Shown here piece after piece: positions 40,394 through 50,343 of a DNA stretch of 64,000 bases. The stretch covers positions 288,001 through 352,000 of the forward strand of contig CAVRAO010000002.1 of assembly GCA_963719035.1 (NCBI GenBank), read 5' to 3'. The notes under the pieces are model-generated. The model made no database searches, was not told where the DNA came from, and saw only the letters and a program-made list of their open reading frames with translations. Numbering within the stretch: the stretch's first letter is position 1; each line of letters starts with the position of its first letter. Source of the stretch: Methanobacteriota archaeon (GTDB taxonomy: Archaea; Halobacteriota; Bog-38; Methanoflorentales; Methanoflorentaceae). The position numbers were made by a program, and so were the translations under genes.

Positions 40394-41410
40394 TTACGTT
40401 TTCTGTTTAAAGCAATCGCCTAATGGGGTGATTTCTACCACCATGCCATCTGGATAAGTCTCAACGACGCGCGCTTTCTGTGTCAGATGTGGGTGATCTT
40501 TCACTAGCTGCAACGCTAATTGCCACGAAGTAAGGAACTCGCCGTTTACAACCACATATTCCTTGCTCGAAATGCCTTTAAGGTACTCAAAACTCGGCAC
40601 AGATCCCAACACGCCGAAAACGAGGGTTCCGTCGTCGGTTACTTCGTCGAAAGACCGGGCTACGCGTAGTGCTTTACGCTTCAGTCGCTCTCTGAGCTGA
40701 ATGCTGTCTTTTGATGATGAAGAACAGAAATAAACTGGCAGTCCATCGCTAACAATCTCCAAGGCAGTCTCTCGGCTGCCGAAAGCTGCATAACCAGATT
40801 TGAGCGGAACAAACCCTCTTGCGGTCATAGCGTCATAGTTTGTCTCTGAAAATTCAAGTTCGTTGAGATTGAGGAACCCGCCAAGCTCCTTAAGAGCTTC
40901 GACAATCGAAGGGACAGGTTTAATCGCTGGAATCTCAACTCCTGCGTGCAGGCCGAGTTGCCCTGCATATGCAAGCGCTTCGCAATAGCAAGATGATGAA
41001 AAATCATCCCACTCGTCTATCGGGGGGTGAAGTCGAATTTCATCCAACCCGACACGGGCTAAAGCGTCGAGAGTGTGATCAGAGGGGGCAAGAGCACTGT
41101 AAAGATGGACGTGATGCGCTTGTCCAAACTCACTTTTTAAAAGCCTGACATAATCTCGAACTCGATCGAGCTTCAACAAAGGTTCGCCGCCTGTGATACC
41201 CGTGCCAAGGGCGTCCATGGACCATGCTTCTTCTAAGATATCAGCATCGTTTCTTACAAGTCGCTCGTTAGCATATGCGACGTCTTTTCCCCTCCTATGG
41301 TCGGATAAAGGGCAATAGTAACAGCCCCTATGACACAAACCAGTGACAAAAAGCACCATCTTAGCGCCAAGCTGACATAACTCGCATCCCTTGCTATGTC
41401 CTATTTCCAT
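40394..41410 (-). CDS. Radical SAM protein (COG2108-like)
   Basis: GCELC..G.KMVLFVTG.C...CYYCP, GITGGEPL, GLDEIRLHP, NLNELEFSETN. Confidence 0.9.
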   Translation of the reverse strand: MEIGHSKGCELCQLGAKMVLFVTGLCHRGCYYCPLSDHRRGKDVAYANERLVRNDADILEEAWSMDALGTGITGGEPLLKLDRVRDYVRLLKSEFGQAHHVHLYSALAPSDHTLDALARVGLDEIRLHPPIDEWDDFSSSCYCEALAYAGQLGLHAGVEIPAIKPVPSIVEALKELGGFLNLNELEFSETNYDAMTARGFVPLKSGYAAFGSRETALEIVSDGLPVYFCSSSSKDSIQLRERLKRKALRVARSFDEVTDDGTLVFGVLGSVPSFEYLKGISSKEYVVVNGEFLTSWQLALQLVKDHPHLTQKARVVETYPDGMVVEITPLGDCFKQKT

Positions 41411-41611
41411 GCACTCAGTCTCTCTTTTGCGATTTCAACACATCTGATTCGTTCGTCAATAATTTGACATAGAATCCGAACGCAACTCTCTTGATGTCAC
41501 ACGTGTCCCTTTATCACGTAAAAACTTAAGTATAATCGTGTTAAGGGGTTTATAACTCCGATATACAGGCAACTTAGATCAAGCAGCTTGGACGTGGTTG
41601 GAGGCTGCAAT

Positions 41612-43204
41612 TTGAAAAAGATTCCAATAGACGAGATACTCCGAATCAAACAAAAAAGCTTCGAAGCGGCATGGAAATATGGGGGCGACTTGCTCAATGA
41701 TAAAAGCATCTACGATCTACACCGGATTGCTGATGCTGCCTCCCCAGGAAAGCCGCACGCGCTCAACGAACTCATTGAAAGAATGCGACAACGCCTGTTG
41801 CAGCTAGGCTTCGACGAGATAATAAATGAGACCATCTTTCCGCAAGAGGACGTACTAAAACAATGGGGGCCGACCGGTTATGCCATTCTCGATCGCTGCT
41901 ACTATCTAGCAGCCCTACCGCGACCCGACGTCGGTTTGAGTTCGCAGAAACAAGCAGCGATAAGAAGCTTTAATATCGATCTGCCTCCCGAAAAAGTGGC
42001 CGCGCTTCAGCTGACGCTTCATAAACTAAAAACAGGTGAACTCGAAGGCGATGAGTTAATCAGAGAGATTGGAAAAGAGTTGGATATCGCCGATGACTGT
42101 GCAGTAGAGGTCTTTGAAAAGGTGTTTGACGAGTTTAAAGACTTGAAACCGATCCCTTCTAATCTCACGCTTCGATCGCATATGACTGCTGCTTGGTTCG
42201 ACTCACTCGCTACTATCCAAAAAAACACCAACGTCCCAGTAAAATTGTTCTCAATTGGCCCTCGCTACAGAAGAGAGCAACGCGAGGATGCAACGCACCT
42301 TCGCGTGCACGATTCCGCTTCGTGTGTTGTGATGGACGAGGACGTATCCATCGACCTTGGGAAATGGATAGTGCAGGAGTTCTTACGGCCTTTAGGATTT
42401 GAAGATTTTCAATTCAGACAAGTTGCCACTGGCACGGACACCTACTATGCCCCTGGCAAGCACTTTGAAGCTTTCGCATTTCATCCCGGTTTTGAAGAAG
42501 TCACAAACGAAGACGCTGGATGGCTCGAAGTAGCCGATTTCGGACTATATAGCCCGCTCACGCTCGCCAACTATGGTATCGAATTCCCCGTAGTCAACTG
42601 CGGCATTGGAGTTGAAAGGATCGCCATGCTCATACACGGGTACAAAGATATTAGGACTCTTGTGTACCCTCAATTTTATGAAGAATTCGTTTTGACCGAC
42701 GATCAGCTCGTCGACCTCATCACGCTGAAAAAAACCCCGGCAACCCAGCAAGGACAAGAGATCCAACGCGCAATCATCAATATATGTAAAACCCACGGTG
42801 TCGATGAGAGTCCTGTTGAGTTTCTAGCTTGGGAAGGAGAGCTGTTAGATAAGCTCGTACGCATCAGCGTGATAGAGCCCGAAGAGAACACGAAGCTTTG
42901 CGGACCGGCTTTCCTTAATGAGGTTTTCGTCAAAGATGGAAGTATTATAGGGGCTCTAAAGCCCAAAGGCGTTTCGACGGGTATTACGTATATTGAAGCT
43001 TTCGCAGCTGAAGCCGCATTTGCCATCGAGCAAGCCCTAAAGATGGGCAAAAACGAGCTCGAAGTACGAGTACGAATAGCTCGATCACCCAACGACATTA
43101 ACCTAAACATAGACCCGGTCGCGACGAGATATATAACAAGCCAAAACAAACGGATTGACTTGCGTGGCCCAGTTTTCACAACGATCCGTATGCAAGCTGC
43201 TTAA
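41612..43204 (+). CDS. sepS: O-phosphoseryl-tRNA(Cys) synthetase
   Basis: GKPH, LDRCYYLA.LPRPDVG, TLRSHMT, RREQREDATHL, SASC, G.YSP, IEPEENTKLCGPA, IDLRGPVF; TTG 41612 has a GGAGG SD. Confidence 0.93.
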   Translation: MKKIPIDEILRIKQKSFEAAWKYGGDLLNDKSIYDLHRIADAASPGKPHALNELIERMRQRLLQLGFDEIINETIFPQEDVLKQWGPTGYAILDRCYYLAALPRPDVGLSSQKQAAIRSFNIDLPPEKVAALQLTLHKLKTGELEGDELIREIGKELDIADDCAVEVFEKVFDEFKDLKPIPSNLTLRSHMTAAWFDSLATIQKNTNVPVKLFSIGPRYRREQREDATHLRVHDSASCVVMDEDVSIDLGKWIVQEFLRPLGFEDFQFRQVATGTDTYYAPGKHFEAFAFHPGFEEVTNEDAGWLEVADFGLYSPLTLANYGIEFPVVNCGIGVERIAMLIHGYKDIRTLVYPQFYEEFVLTDDQLVDLITLKKTPATQQGQEIQRAIINICKTHGVDESPVEFLAWEGELLDKLVRISVIEPEENTKLCGPAFLNEVFVKDGSIIGALKPKGVSTGITYIEAFAAEAAFAIEQALKMGKNELEVRVRIARSPNDINLNIDPVATRYITSQNKRIDLRGPVFTTIRMQAA

Positions 43205-43448
43205 GTTGACCGACCTAGTTCATTAACTCGCCTAGCTCGGACTTACATACAGACAGATAGTGTTGATAAAGCATTGGCATCGTAACTCTTCTAGAGCGCA
43301 AACGTAGTGTGCTTGTCTGCTCTTGTCGGTGTGTAAGGCCCTAGCTTCTTCAAAGGTTGAAATAATAAAATGGGCGACTTACCATCAATATCTTCATGTT
43401 TTCATTTCAACTGGGCCGCATAAACATCTTCTTATAATAGCAACTCAA

Positions 43449-43468
43449 TATTGATAGACATATCAATA
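43449..43468. promoter_or_regulatory. Palindromic operator, likely RbkR-binding site
   Basis: Perfect inverted repeat TATTGATA-GACA-TATCAATA between a TATA-like CTTATAA (43431-43437) and the rbkR ATG. Confidence 0.65.
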
Positions 43469-43485
43469 CTGGTGTTGAAAGTTCT

Positions 43486-44130
43486 ATGAAAGATCCGCTT
43501 CTTGAGCTAGCGCTTATTAACGCGGCACGGCAACCAATTCAACTGTCGGCAGTAGAATTTGCAAAAAGACTCCAAACGAGTCCTATGACCGCTTCGAGAC
43601 GACTCAAAGAACTTGAAGAAGGCGGGTTGATTGCTCGAACGCTCGCAGGAAGGTCTCAAGCGATTTTCATTACAAATAAGGGATCTAACGCACTAAAAGA
43701 GCAATATTTAGCTTATAAATCAATTTTTGAAGCAAAACCAGCGATCGAATTGGACGGAACCATCGTATCAGGTTTAGGAGAGGGTAGGTACTATCTCTCG
43801 ATACGTGGCTACACAAAACAATTTGAAGAACTGCTCGGCTTCACCCCGTATCCCGGAACGTTAAACATTAAGTTGGATGATGAAAGCGCTTCCGCTCGAG
43901 TGAGATTAAGCAACCTAGCGCCAACCTATATCTCAAGCTTCAAGACGAGCAACCGAACTTATGGTGGTATCAAAAGCTATGTGGCTTCGATTGGCGGGAT
44001 CGACGGCGCAATAATCGTCCCTGACCGCTCACATTATCATAACGATGTAATCGAGACTATTGCTCCCGTTTCAATCAAAAAAACCCTCAAAATTGACAAT
44101 GGTGATTCGATTAAGGTAGTGGTGATATGA
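43486..44130 (+). CDS. rbkR: Bifunctional wHTH regulator / CTP-dependent riboflavin kinase
   Basis: N-terminal HTH (S..TASRRL.ELE..G.I.R); G.IVSGLGEG.YY, LGF.PYPGTLN, PDRSHY. Confidence 0.92.
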   Translation: MKDPLLELALINAARQPIQLSAVEFAKRLQTSPMTASRRLKELEEGGLIARTLAGRSQAIFITNKGSNALKEQYLAYKSIFEAKPAIELDGTIVSGLGEGRYYLSIRGYTKQFEELLGFTPYPGTLNIKLDDESASARVRLSNLAPTYISSFKTSNRTYGGIKSYVASIGGIDGAIIVPDRSHYHNDVIETIAPVSIKKTLKIDNGDSIKVVVI

Positions 44131-44846
44131 CCGTAACAAAGGCTATTAGAGCCGTAAAGAAGGGAGAAATGGTACTAATTTACGACTCGGAAGACAGAGA
44201 GGGCGAAACAGATATGGTGATCCCGGCCATCTCAACGACCCCTAAACAGGTGGCGAGAATGCGCGTCGAAGCCGGCGGGCTCATCTGCGTCGCCATTTCT
44301 CCGGAAGCTGCTGAAAAACTATGTCTGCCCTTTATGGTAGACATCTTAAAATTCGTAAGTTCTAATGGATGCGATTTAAAGCTCAATTCAGTCTGCGAGA
44401 AGCCTGGCGATCTTACTTATGATAAGCAATCCTCCTTTTCGATCGCCGTGAATCACAGAAACGTCGGGACCGGAATTACTGACATAGATCGCGCATTAAC
44501 GATTACCCAGCTTGGCAAAGCTGTCGAAAAAACAACACAGTTCCATAAATTTGACTTCGGTGAAGCTTTTCGCTCGCCAGGTCACGTTCCGTTGCTTCGA
44601 GCAGCTCAAGGACTAATTTCAGAACGTAAAGGACAAACAGAGCTCTCTATAGCCTTAGCTGAAATGGCTGAAATTACACCGGCAATGGCCATGTGTGAAA
44701 TGCTTGACGCACGAAGCGGCAAAGCCTTAACTAAGCAAGATTCGATAGACTTTGCTGAGAGAAATGGACTTGCGTTCGTGACGGGGCAGGAAATAGCCGA
44801 CGCTTATGAGCGCTTAGGTAAGCATACTGTTGCGCGTAGCATATAG
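44127..44846 (+). CDS. ribB: 3,4-dihydroxy-2-butanone 4-phosphate synthase
   Basis: D.EDREGETD, GGLICVA, SSFSIAVNH, TGITD.DRA, FRSPGHV, R.GQTE, MCEML. Confidence 0.96.
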   Translation: MTVTKAIRAVKKGEMVLIYDSEDREGETDMVIPAISTTPKQVARMRVEAGGLICVAISPEAAEKLCLPFMVDILKFVSSNGCDLKLNSVCEKPGDLTYDKQSSFSIAVNHRNVGTGITDIDRALTITQLGKAVEKTTQFHKFDFGEAFRSPGHVPLLRAAQGLISERKGQTELSIALAEMAEITPAMAMCEMLDARSGKALTKQDSIDFAERNGLAFVTGQEIADAYERLGKHTVARSI

Positions 44847-45008
44847 CGCCTCTTGCGGTTGTTATTCATCTGGATTTTTGCGATCACTGAATGGATTCAA
44901 ATAGCAATTGCAGTAGGATTCTCTTCATCCTTTTCTTCTCTATTTAAGGCAGCAACGACCAATAGTCACACTGTTCCTCAACAAGAACTTGAGCGTTCCT
45001 GAACGATC

Positions 45009-46346
45009 TTACAACGAGCCGAAGACATAGGGACCAACGAGCAAAATCAGAAAGGAAGCGAGTATAACCAGCCCCAAAGTCGTCACCAGCACGCTCGTAA
45101 CACGTTCTTGATCTTTGGTGTTTTTGAGGAATTTTTCAGCTAGCGACTTGAAGAGCTCCCTAAAAATATGTCCGCCATCCAAAGGAACTGTAGGGAGACA
45201 GTTAAAGAGCCCAACATAGAAATTGAGCCAGCCCACCCAGAGAAGGGTATTAGCTATCCAAAAAAAGGCGGGGCCAAGTGGAGCCGCCCACCCTGCTGGC
45301 TGGTAAAGGTGAGCGATATCCCCGGTAAAATAACCGGAGTACAGCAGAGGCAGGCCGATAAGAGCGCCCCATCCCCGTAAGTTGTTGAGGTTGGATGGGA
45401 CTGACTTCAAGAAACTGAGAAGTTCCGATGCGGACCCTCCTTGTATGCCAAGGAAACCTTTGTCATAGTTTGGGTTTTTATCTAGAACAACGACAAAACT
45501 TCTCGAAACCCCTTGATCCGTTGCTATTACGGTAATAGTCTGTCCTTGATGAGTCGCATTCATAAACGCATTAAATTCGCCCGTATTAGAGACCTTGGCG
45601 CTGTCGATTTGATTAACTACCATTCCTGGCTGTAAACCTGCTTTTTCCGCTGGAGATCCAGACACGACGCTTACAATACCTAATCCTTCAACTGGCGTGA
45701 CAGAGGATAGAACCGGCCCAAAGAATAATAAAAACGCAACTAATGCAACCGCGAAATTTGCAGTAATACCTGCACTAAAAACTCGCAGCCGTTCTGGTCG
45801 TGTCGCAATTTTGTCTCCCGGTTTGGCGTCCGTTCCTAACAACTGCGATTCATCCGGCTCTGCAAAAGCACCGATGGGCACGAGAGCGATTAAGAGACCT
45901 AATGATTTTACTTTTATGTCTGCGACCCTGCTTAAGATTGCGTGCGAAAATTCGTGAACCACGAGCGTTACTATTAAGCCAATAAGTCCCCACGTCAATG
46001 GAATAAATTGGTTTAGCCCCGGTATTAATAGCACATTTTGCGGTGCATTCAATGCAGTGGGCGCGGGCTGCGTAACTAGCAAATTGATGTCGCCTATCAA
46101 TAATATCGCAAGCATAAAGAACATCCCAAAAACGGTTAGTGGGATTCCAATATTCGCAAAGACCCGCCAGAACTTCTTTGGATTTGCGAGCCTTTCTAAT
46201 AGACGCAACCCGCGTGTCGTTCTTACCATTAAAAGTGGGCCGTAAGCGCTAATGCCGTGTCGTGCAAGAATGCCTCGACTGTTCAAAAAAATAACAAAAA
46301 ACCAATAAATAGCGAAGATGACTACTGCAAGAGTTAAATAATCCAA
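45009..46346 (-). CDS. Site-2 protease (peptidase M50) with PDZ domain
   Basis: HEFSH, GAFAEPDE, AGI.AN, SPAEKAGL (PDZ), FN.LP..PLDGG. Confidence 0.95.
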   Translation of the reverse strand: MDYLTLAVVIFAIYWFFVIFLNSRGILARHGISAYGPLLMVRTTRGLRLLERLANPKKFWRVFANIGIPLTVFGMFFMLAILLIGDINLLVTQPAPTALNAPQNVLLIPGLNQFIPLTWGLIGLIVTLVVHEFSHAILSRVADIKVKSLGLLIALVPIGAFAEPDESQLLGTDAKPGDKIATRPERLRVFSAGITANFAVALVAFLLFFGPVLSSVTPVEGLGIVSVVSGSPAEKAGLQPGMVVNQIDSAKVSNTGEFNAFMNATHQGQTITVIATDQGVSRSFVVVLDKNPNYDKGFLGIQGGSASELLSFLKSVPSNLNNLRGWGALIGLPLLYSGYFTGDIAHLYQPAGWAAPLGPAFFWIANTLLWVGWLNFYVGLFNCLPTVPLDGGHIFRELFKSLAEKFLKNTKDQERVTSVLVTTLGLVILASFLILLVGPYVFGSL

Positions 46347-46370
46347 ATGGCTTTCACCGCAAATGGTATC

Positions 46371-46682
46371 ATGATGTTCTCTGACATATACGTAACTGCA
46401 TCAAATTTAGAGGAAGCAACGCTTATTGCTCGCGCAATAATTGAAGAAAAGTTAGGGGCTTGCGCGAATATACATCCGATCAAGTCATTGTATAGCTGGC
46501 AAGGAACCATCGAAGAGGACGAGGAGTATGCATTGTCAATAAAAACTAAAACTGAGTTAGTTGACAAGGTAACTGCCAGAGTAAAGGAGCTCCATAGCTA
46601 CGAAACGCCGTGTATTATCTCCTTCACAATAGCGTCCGGATGGCCACCTTATCTTAATTGGATCAACGAAGAGACGCTATGA
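46371..46682 (+). CDS. cutA: Divalent-cation tolerance protein CutA
   Basis: ACANI, S.YSWQG, IKT, LHSYETP.I, Y..WI. Confidence 0.93.
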   Translation: MMFSDIYVTASNLEEATLIARAIIEEKLGACANIHPIKSLYSWQGTIEEDEEYALSIKTKTELVDKVTARVKELHSYETPCIISFTIASGWPPYLNWINEETL

Positions 46683-46710
46683 CGGCGGCACGCGGATATC
46701 GGATGTTGAG

Positions 46711-48210
46711 ATGGAAGTAACACGCGTTCACTGGGCAGATGTGATAGCACGTGCCGCCGACGGGCCGCAAGTAATAGCTACCGGAATCACCCCCTCCGGC
46801 AATATCCACGTCGGTAACATGCGGGAAGTAGTCACCGCTGACGCTATATTCAGGGCAATTAAGGGTATCGGCAAAGCTGCGCGCCTTATATACATAGCTG
46901 ATTCTTATGACCCGCTCCGTACGGTATACCCGTTCTTGCCTGCAGCGTATAAAAAATACGTAGGGATGCCGTTGTCGGAGATACCTGATCCTTTTGGCTG
47001 TTGTTCAAGCTATGCGGAGCATTACCTTAAGCCTTTCTCGGAATCGCTGAGTCAACTGGACATTACTCTTGAAGTGTACCTCGCAGACCAGATGTACAAA
47101 AGCGGGCTGTATACAGAGGCGACAAAAGTCGCCCTCGAACAACGCGACGCGATTGCTAAGATAATTGAGACTGTTTCAAAGAGGGAACTGCCTATTTGGT
47201 GGAGCCCGTTCAACCCACTCTGCAAGCAATGTCAGAGAATCAGTGCTGCACACATTGTCGAACATATAGCCAGGCACAACTCCGTTAGGTACGTATGCAA
47301 GTGTGGCGCTGAAGGAGTGGCAGATTATTCAAAAGGACAGGGAAAACTTGCGTGGCGGGTCGATTGGCCTGCACGATGGAAGATTTTAGGCGTTACAATT
47401 GAACCCTTTGGCAAAGATCACGCAGTCGCTGGAGGGTCATACGATACGGGTCAACGCATCTCGAGAGAGGTGTACGGATATCCCCCACCAATTCCAGTCC
47501 CATATGGCCATATACATCTCAAGGGACGCGGCAAAATGTCAAGCTCTAAAGGCGTAACAATCACCATCAGCGAAATGCTCGAGAGTGCGCCTGCCGATGT
47601 GTTGCGCTACATGATAATTAAAACGAAGCCCGAAAAGCTTATCGATTTCGATCCCGGCTTGGGACTCCTCACGCTTGTTGATGAATTTGACCACAGCTCA
47701 GGTCGCGCTTTCGAGCTCTCACGAGTTTCTGAACAAGGGTGCGACGTTCCATTCAAGCACATGGTGACCGCAATTCAAATCGCAAATGATTGCGACGAGC
47801 TTGTCCAAGTTCTTCAACGAAGCGGTTATGAAACAACAGACATGAGCGCACTTAAAAAAAGAGCGCGCAACGTCAGAAACTGGCTCGATCGTTTTGCACC
47901 TGAATTCGTAAAGTTTCAAGTCCAGAGTTCACTTCCTGTGCAAGTCAAAACGCTCAACAGCGGGCAAAGAAAAGTATTAGCAAAGCTTGCAATGGCACTT
48001 GAGACTAATAGCAACGATCCTGAGTGGTTACACAATGAAGTCTACACAATCAGCGAAGAAGTAGGAATTGACTCGAGAGACGCTTTTAAAGCAATATATA
48101 TCTCGCTCCTTGGAAAAACGTCAGGACCACGAGCGGGCTGGTTTTTAACCTCATTGAAGCCCGAATTCGTGATCGAACGTTTCAAAGAAGCTGCGATCGA
48201 CATGCGTTAA
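46711..48210 (+). CDS. lysS: Class I lysyl-tRNA synthetase
   Basis: HWAD, GITPSG.IHVGN, GKL.WRVDWP.RW, EPFGKDH, KMSSSKG, GPRAG. Confidence 0.97.
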   Translation: MEVTRVHWADVIARAADGPQVIATGITPSGNIHVGNMREVVTADAIFRAIKGIGKAARLIYIADSYDPLRTVYPFLPAAYKKYVGMPLSEIPDPFGCCSSYAEHYLKPFSESLSQLDITLEVYLADQMYKSGLYTEATKVALEQRDAIAKIIETVSKRELPIWWSPFNPLCKQCQRISAAHIVEHIARHNSVRYVCKCGAEGVADYSKGQGKLAWRVDWPARWKILGVTIEPFGKDHAVAGGSYDTGQRISREVYGYPPPIPVPYGHIHLKGRGKMSSSKGVTITISEMLESAPADVLRYMIIKTKPEKLIDFDPGLGLLTLVDEFDHSSGRAFELSRVSEQGCDVPFKHMVTAIQIANDCDELVQVLQRSGYETTDMSALKKRARNVRNWLDRFAPEFVKFQVQSSLPVQVKTLNSGQRKVLAKLAMALETNSNDPEWLHNEVYTISEEVGIDSRDAFKAIYISLLGKTSGPRAGWFLTSLKPEFVIERFKEAAIDMR

Positions 48211-48227
48211 AACCATTCCCATGTCGA

Positions 48228-49400
48228 CTAAACAGCATCGAGAGCTTGTTCAATATCCGCTTTAATATCCTCAACGTCTTCAAGCCCTACTGAGACCCTT
48301 ATGAGGTTTTCCGTTGATTCCAAGCTGTTCTCTCTCGTTCTTCGGCACTACTGCGTGAGTCATTAGACCTGGGTGCTCGACCAATGTCGCTGGATCCCAA
48401 GACTTACAGCAACTTTGCAAAGCTTGAGGTTGTTCAAAAACCTGATAGCCTCGTCCACGCCTCCGCGAATCTCAAAAGCTAGCATCCCCCCATAGCCAGA
48501 CATTTGTGCGTCTAGATTAGGATTCAGTTCGAGATTTCTATCAAATTTCGGGTATAAAACCCGCTTGACGAGCTTCTGTGCTTTCAGGAAAGTAGCAAGT
48601 TCGGTTGCGTTCTGGGTATGTCGTTCCATCCTTAGGGCAAGGGTGCGAAGCCCACGCAAAATTAGAAAAGCGTTGAAAGGGCTAAGCGCAGCGCCAATAT
48701 CACGCAAAACCCCTTTTCTGATATTAATTGCATCCTCATAAGATGAGACGACCACTCCCCCTAGCGCGTCGCCGTGTCCATTTAAGTATTTCGTCGCACT
48801 ATGCACTACGACATCAGCCCCAAATTCGAGGGGTTTTTGATAGTAAGGGGTTAGAAATGTATTGTCAACAATCGTTTTAGCGCCATTTTCCGATGCGACT
48901 GCAGAGACCTTTCGTATATCCACAAGCTTGAACGTTGGATTTGCAGGGGTTTCAAAAAAAACAACCTTGGTGTTGTCTCTTACAGCTTCAGCTACACACT
49001 CGGGATCAGACGTGTCAACAAAACTCACTTCAAATCCCAGACGTGGCGCTCCTTTGGTTAGGAGCTCATACGTGCTGCCGTAAAGCACCCTATCAGCAAT
49101 TAGATGATCGCCACATTTGAGTAGCGTTAGCAGGATTGCTGAAATCGCCGCCATCCCCGAAGCGAAACTAACAGCAGCGTCACCCCCTTCAAGAGCAGCC
49201 ATTTTTAGCTCAAGTGCTGTAAGCGTTGGATTTGAAATCCGAGAGTAAACATATTTCCCCTGTGGAATTCCCGATGGCAGTAGCTCGTCGATCACAAAGC
49301 TAGACGTTTGATAGATGGGCGACGTAAGTGCAGCTACGTCGGGAGGCGCTTGTTCGCCTGCGTGCACTAACTTCGTATTAATCCCATATTCAGAGTTCAC
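48228..49400 (-). CDS. PLP-dependent Cys/Met metabolism enzyme (methionine gamma-lyase / cystathionine gamma-synthase family); two compensating frameshifts near the 3' end
   Basis: PIYQTS, YSRISNPT, SGMAAI, ETPANP, VDNTF, HSATKYLNGHGD; corrected tail SLGDPATLVEHP..MTH...LIRVSVGLED..D to TAG at 48228. Confidence 0.9.
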
Positions 49401-49410
49401 GAGCTCGCCC

Positions 49411-50271
49411 TTACATCAATGGCTTTGGCTGTTTTTCTTCTGGTAACACTGGCAATTTCATAGTGTTCACGAGAATAGGTGTCGTTACTTCCTTCGCTCT
49501 TTCGAGTAACAACTCTTTTCCTTTTTGCGACAAGGCAAAAAGTGGCACGCCAGTTCCAACTTGAGCTAGCGCTTTACCCTTAACTGCTTCTCTGATGAAG
49601 CGAGAAGCGCACCCCGTAGTTATATCCACTGTATCGACAAAATCGCGCGCAACCTCCTCTGTCATTCCAGTGACGTGAACGCCGATGACGATGACGTCAG
49701 CGCCTGTCTCTTGCTCGATTTTACGACATTTTCGACTATCGTCCAGCGTTGCGACTGTTACAGCTACACGTTTAAACCCCATCTCTAAAGCGCGAGCAAC
49801 ACCTAAAGGCTGATTAATAATGGCACGGTTCCCGTCAAGTAGAGTCCCACCTTTTTCCTCAACTCGATTCTTCAACTTTGGAATTAGGGTTGTCTCTATT
49901 ACGCCCGAAATCCGAGCACCTATTCCTTGAGCAAGGTTCGGATTGGAAGTAATGACGGTTCCAACACCTTCACAGACTGTGACCGTGGCATCAATGAGGC
50001 CTCGCCGGAGTCCAGTCATCATTACTTCGGATGCGCCAAACCCAACGAAGACTTCCATCTCTATAGCCCGGTCACCGGTGCACATGCCAAAATCGCGAAT
50101 TCGGAATTCAATGTTCTCTTTGACGATCTCTCTATTGATCTCTTGAATGCCACGCGCTTTTGCGAAAATTGGACAACGTTCGATTAGAGGCTCCCCCACC
50201 TCTACTACGTGCCCGTCTTCGACTACGACGTAAGCCTTTCCTAACGCTTCTAAGACGTGTCTATCCTTCAT
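49411..50271 (-). CDS. Methanogenesis marker protein 8 (DUF2099)
   Basis: HVLEALG, NIEFRI.DFGMCT..R, FVGFGASE, VCEG.GTV, QGIG.RISG, HVTG. Confidence 0.93.
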   Translation of the reverse strand: MKDRHVLEALGKAYVVVEDGHVVEVGEPLIERCPIFAKARGIQEINREIVKENIEFRIRDFGMCTGDRAIEMEVFVGFGASEVMMTGLRRGLIDATVTVCEGVGTVITSNPNLAQGIGARISGVIETTLIPKLKNRVEEKGGTLLDGNRAIINQPLGVARALEMGFKRVAVTVATLDDSRKCRKIEQETGADVIVIGVHVTGMTEEVARDFVDTVDITTGCASRFIREAVKGKALAQVGTGVPLFALSQKGKELLLERAKEVTTPILVNTMKLPVLPEEKQPKPLM

Positions 50272-50343
50272 CGTCTCCCTCTTGTTGATCAGAGAATAAG
50301 AACTTAAATCATTGCGCTTTGGGGGAAATTGTAGAACCTTCGT

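Noticed and set aside
41454-41468. CGTCAATAATTT shared between the sepS upstream region and the mcr/mfnB spacer (~16678)
   Set aside because: A single AT-rich 12-mer match is too weak to call a shared regulator site
44853-45002. 49-aa hydrophobic ORF after ribB
   Set aside because: TTG start without SD and no recognisable family; insufficient support
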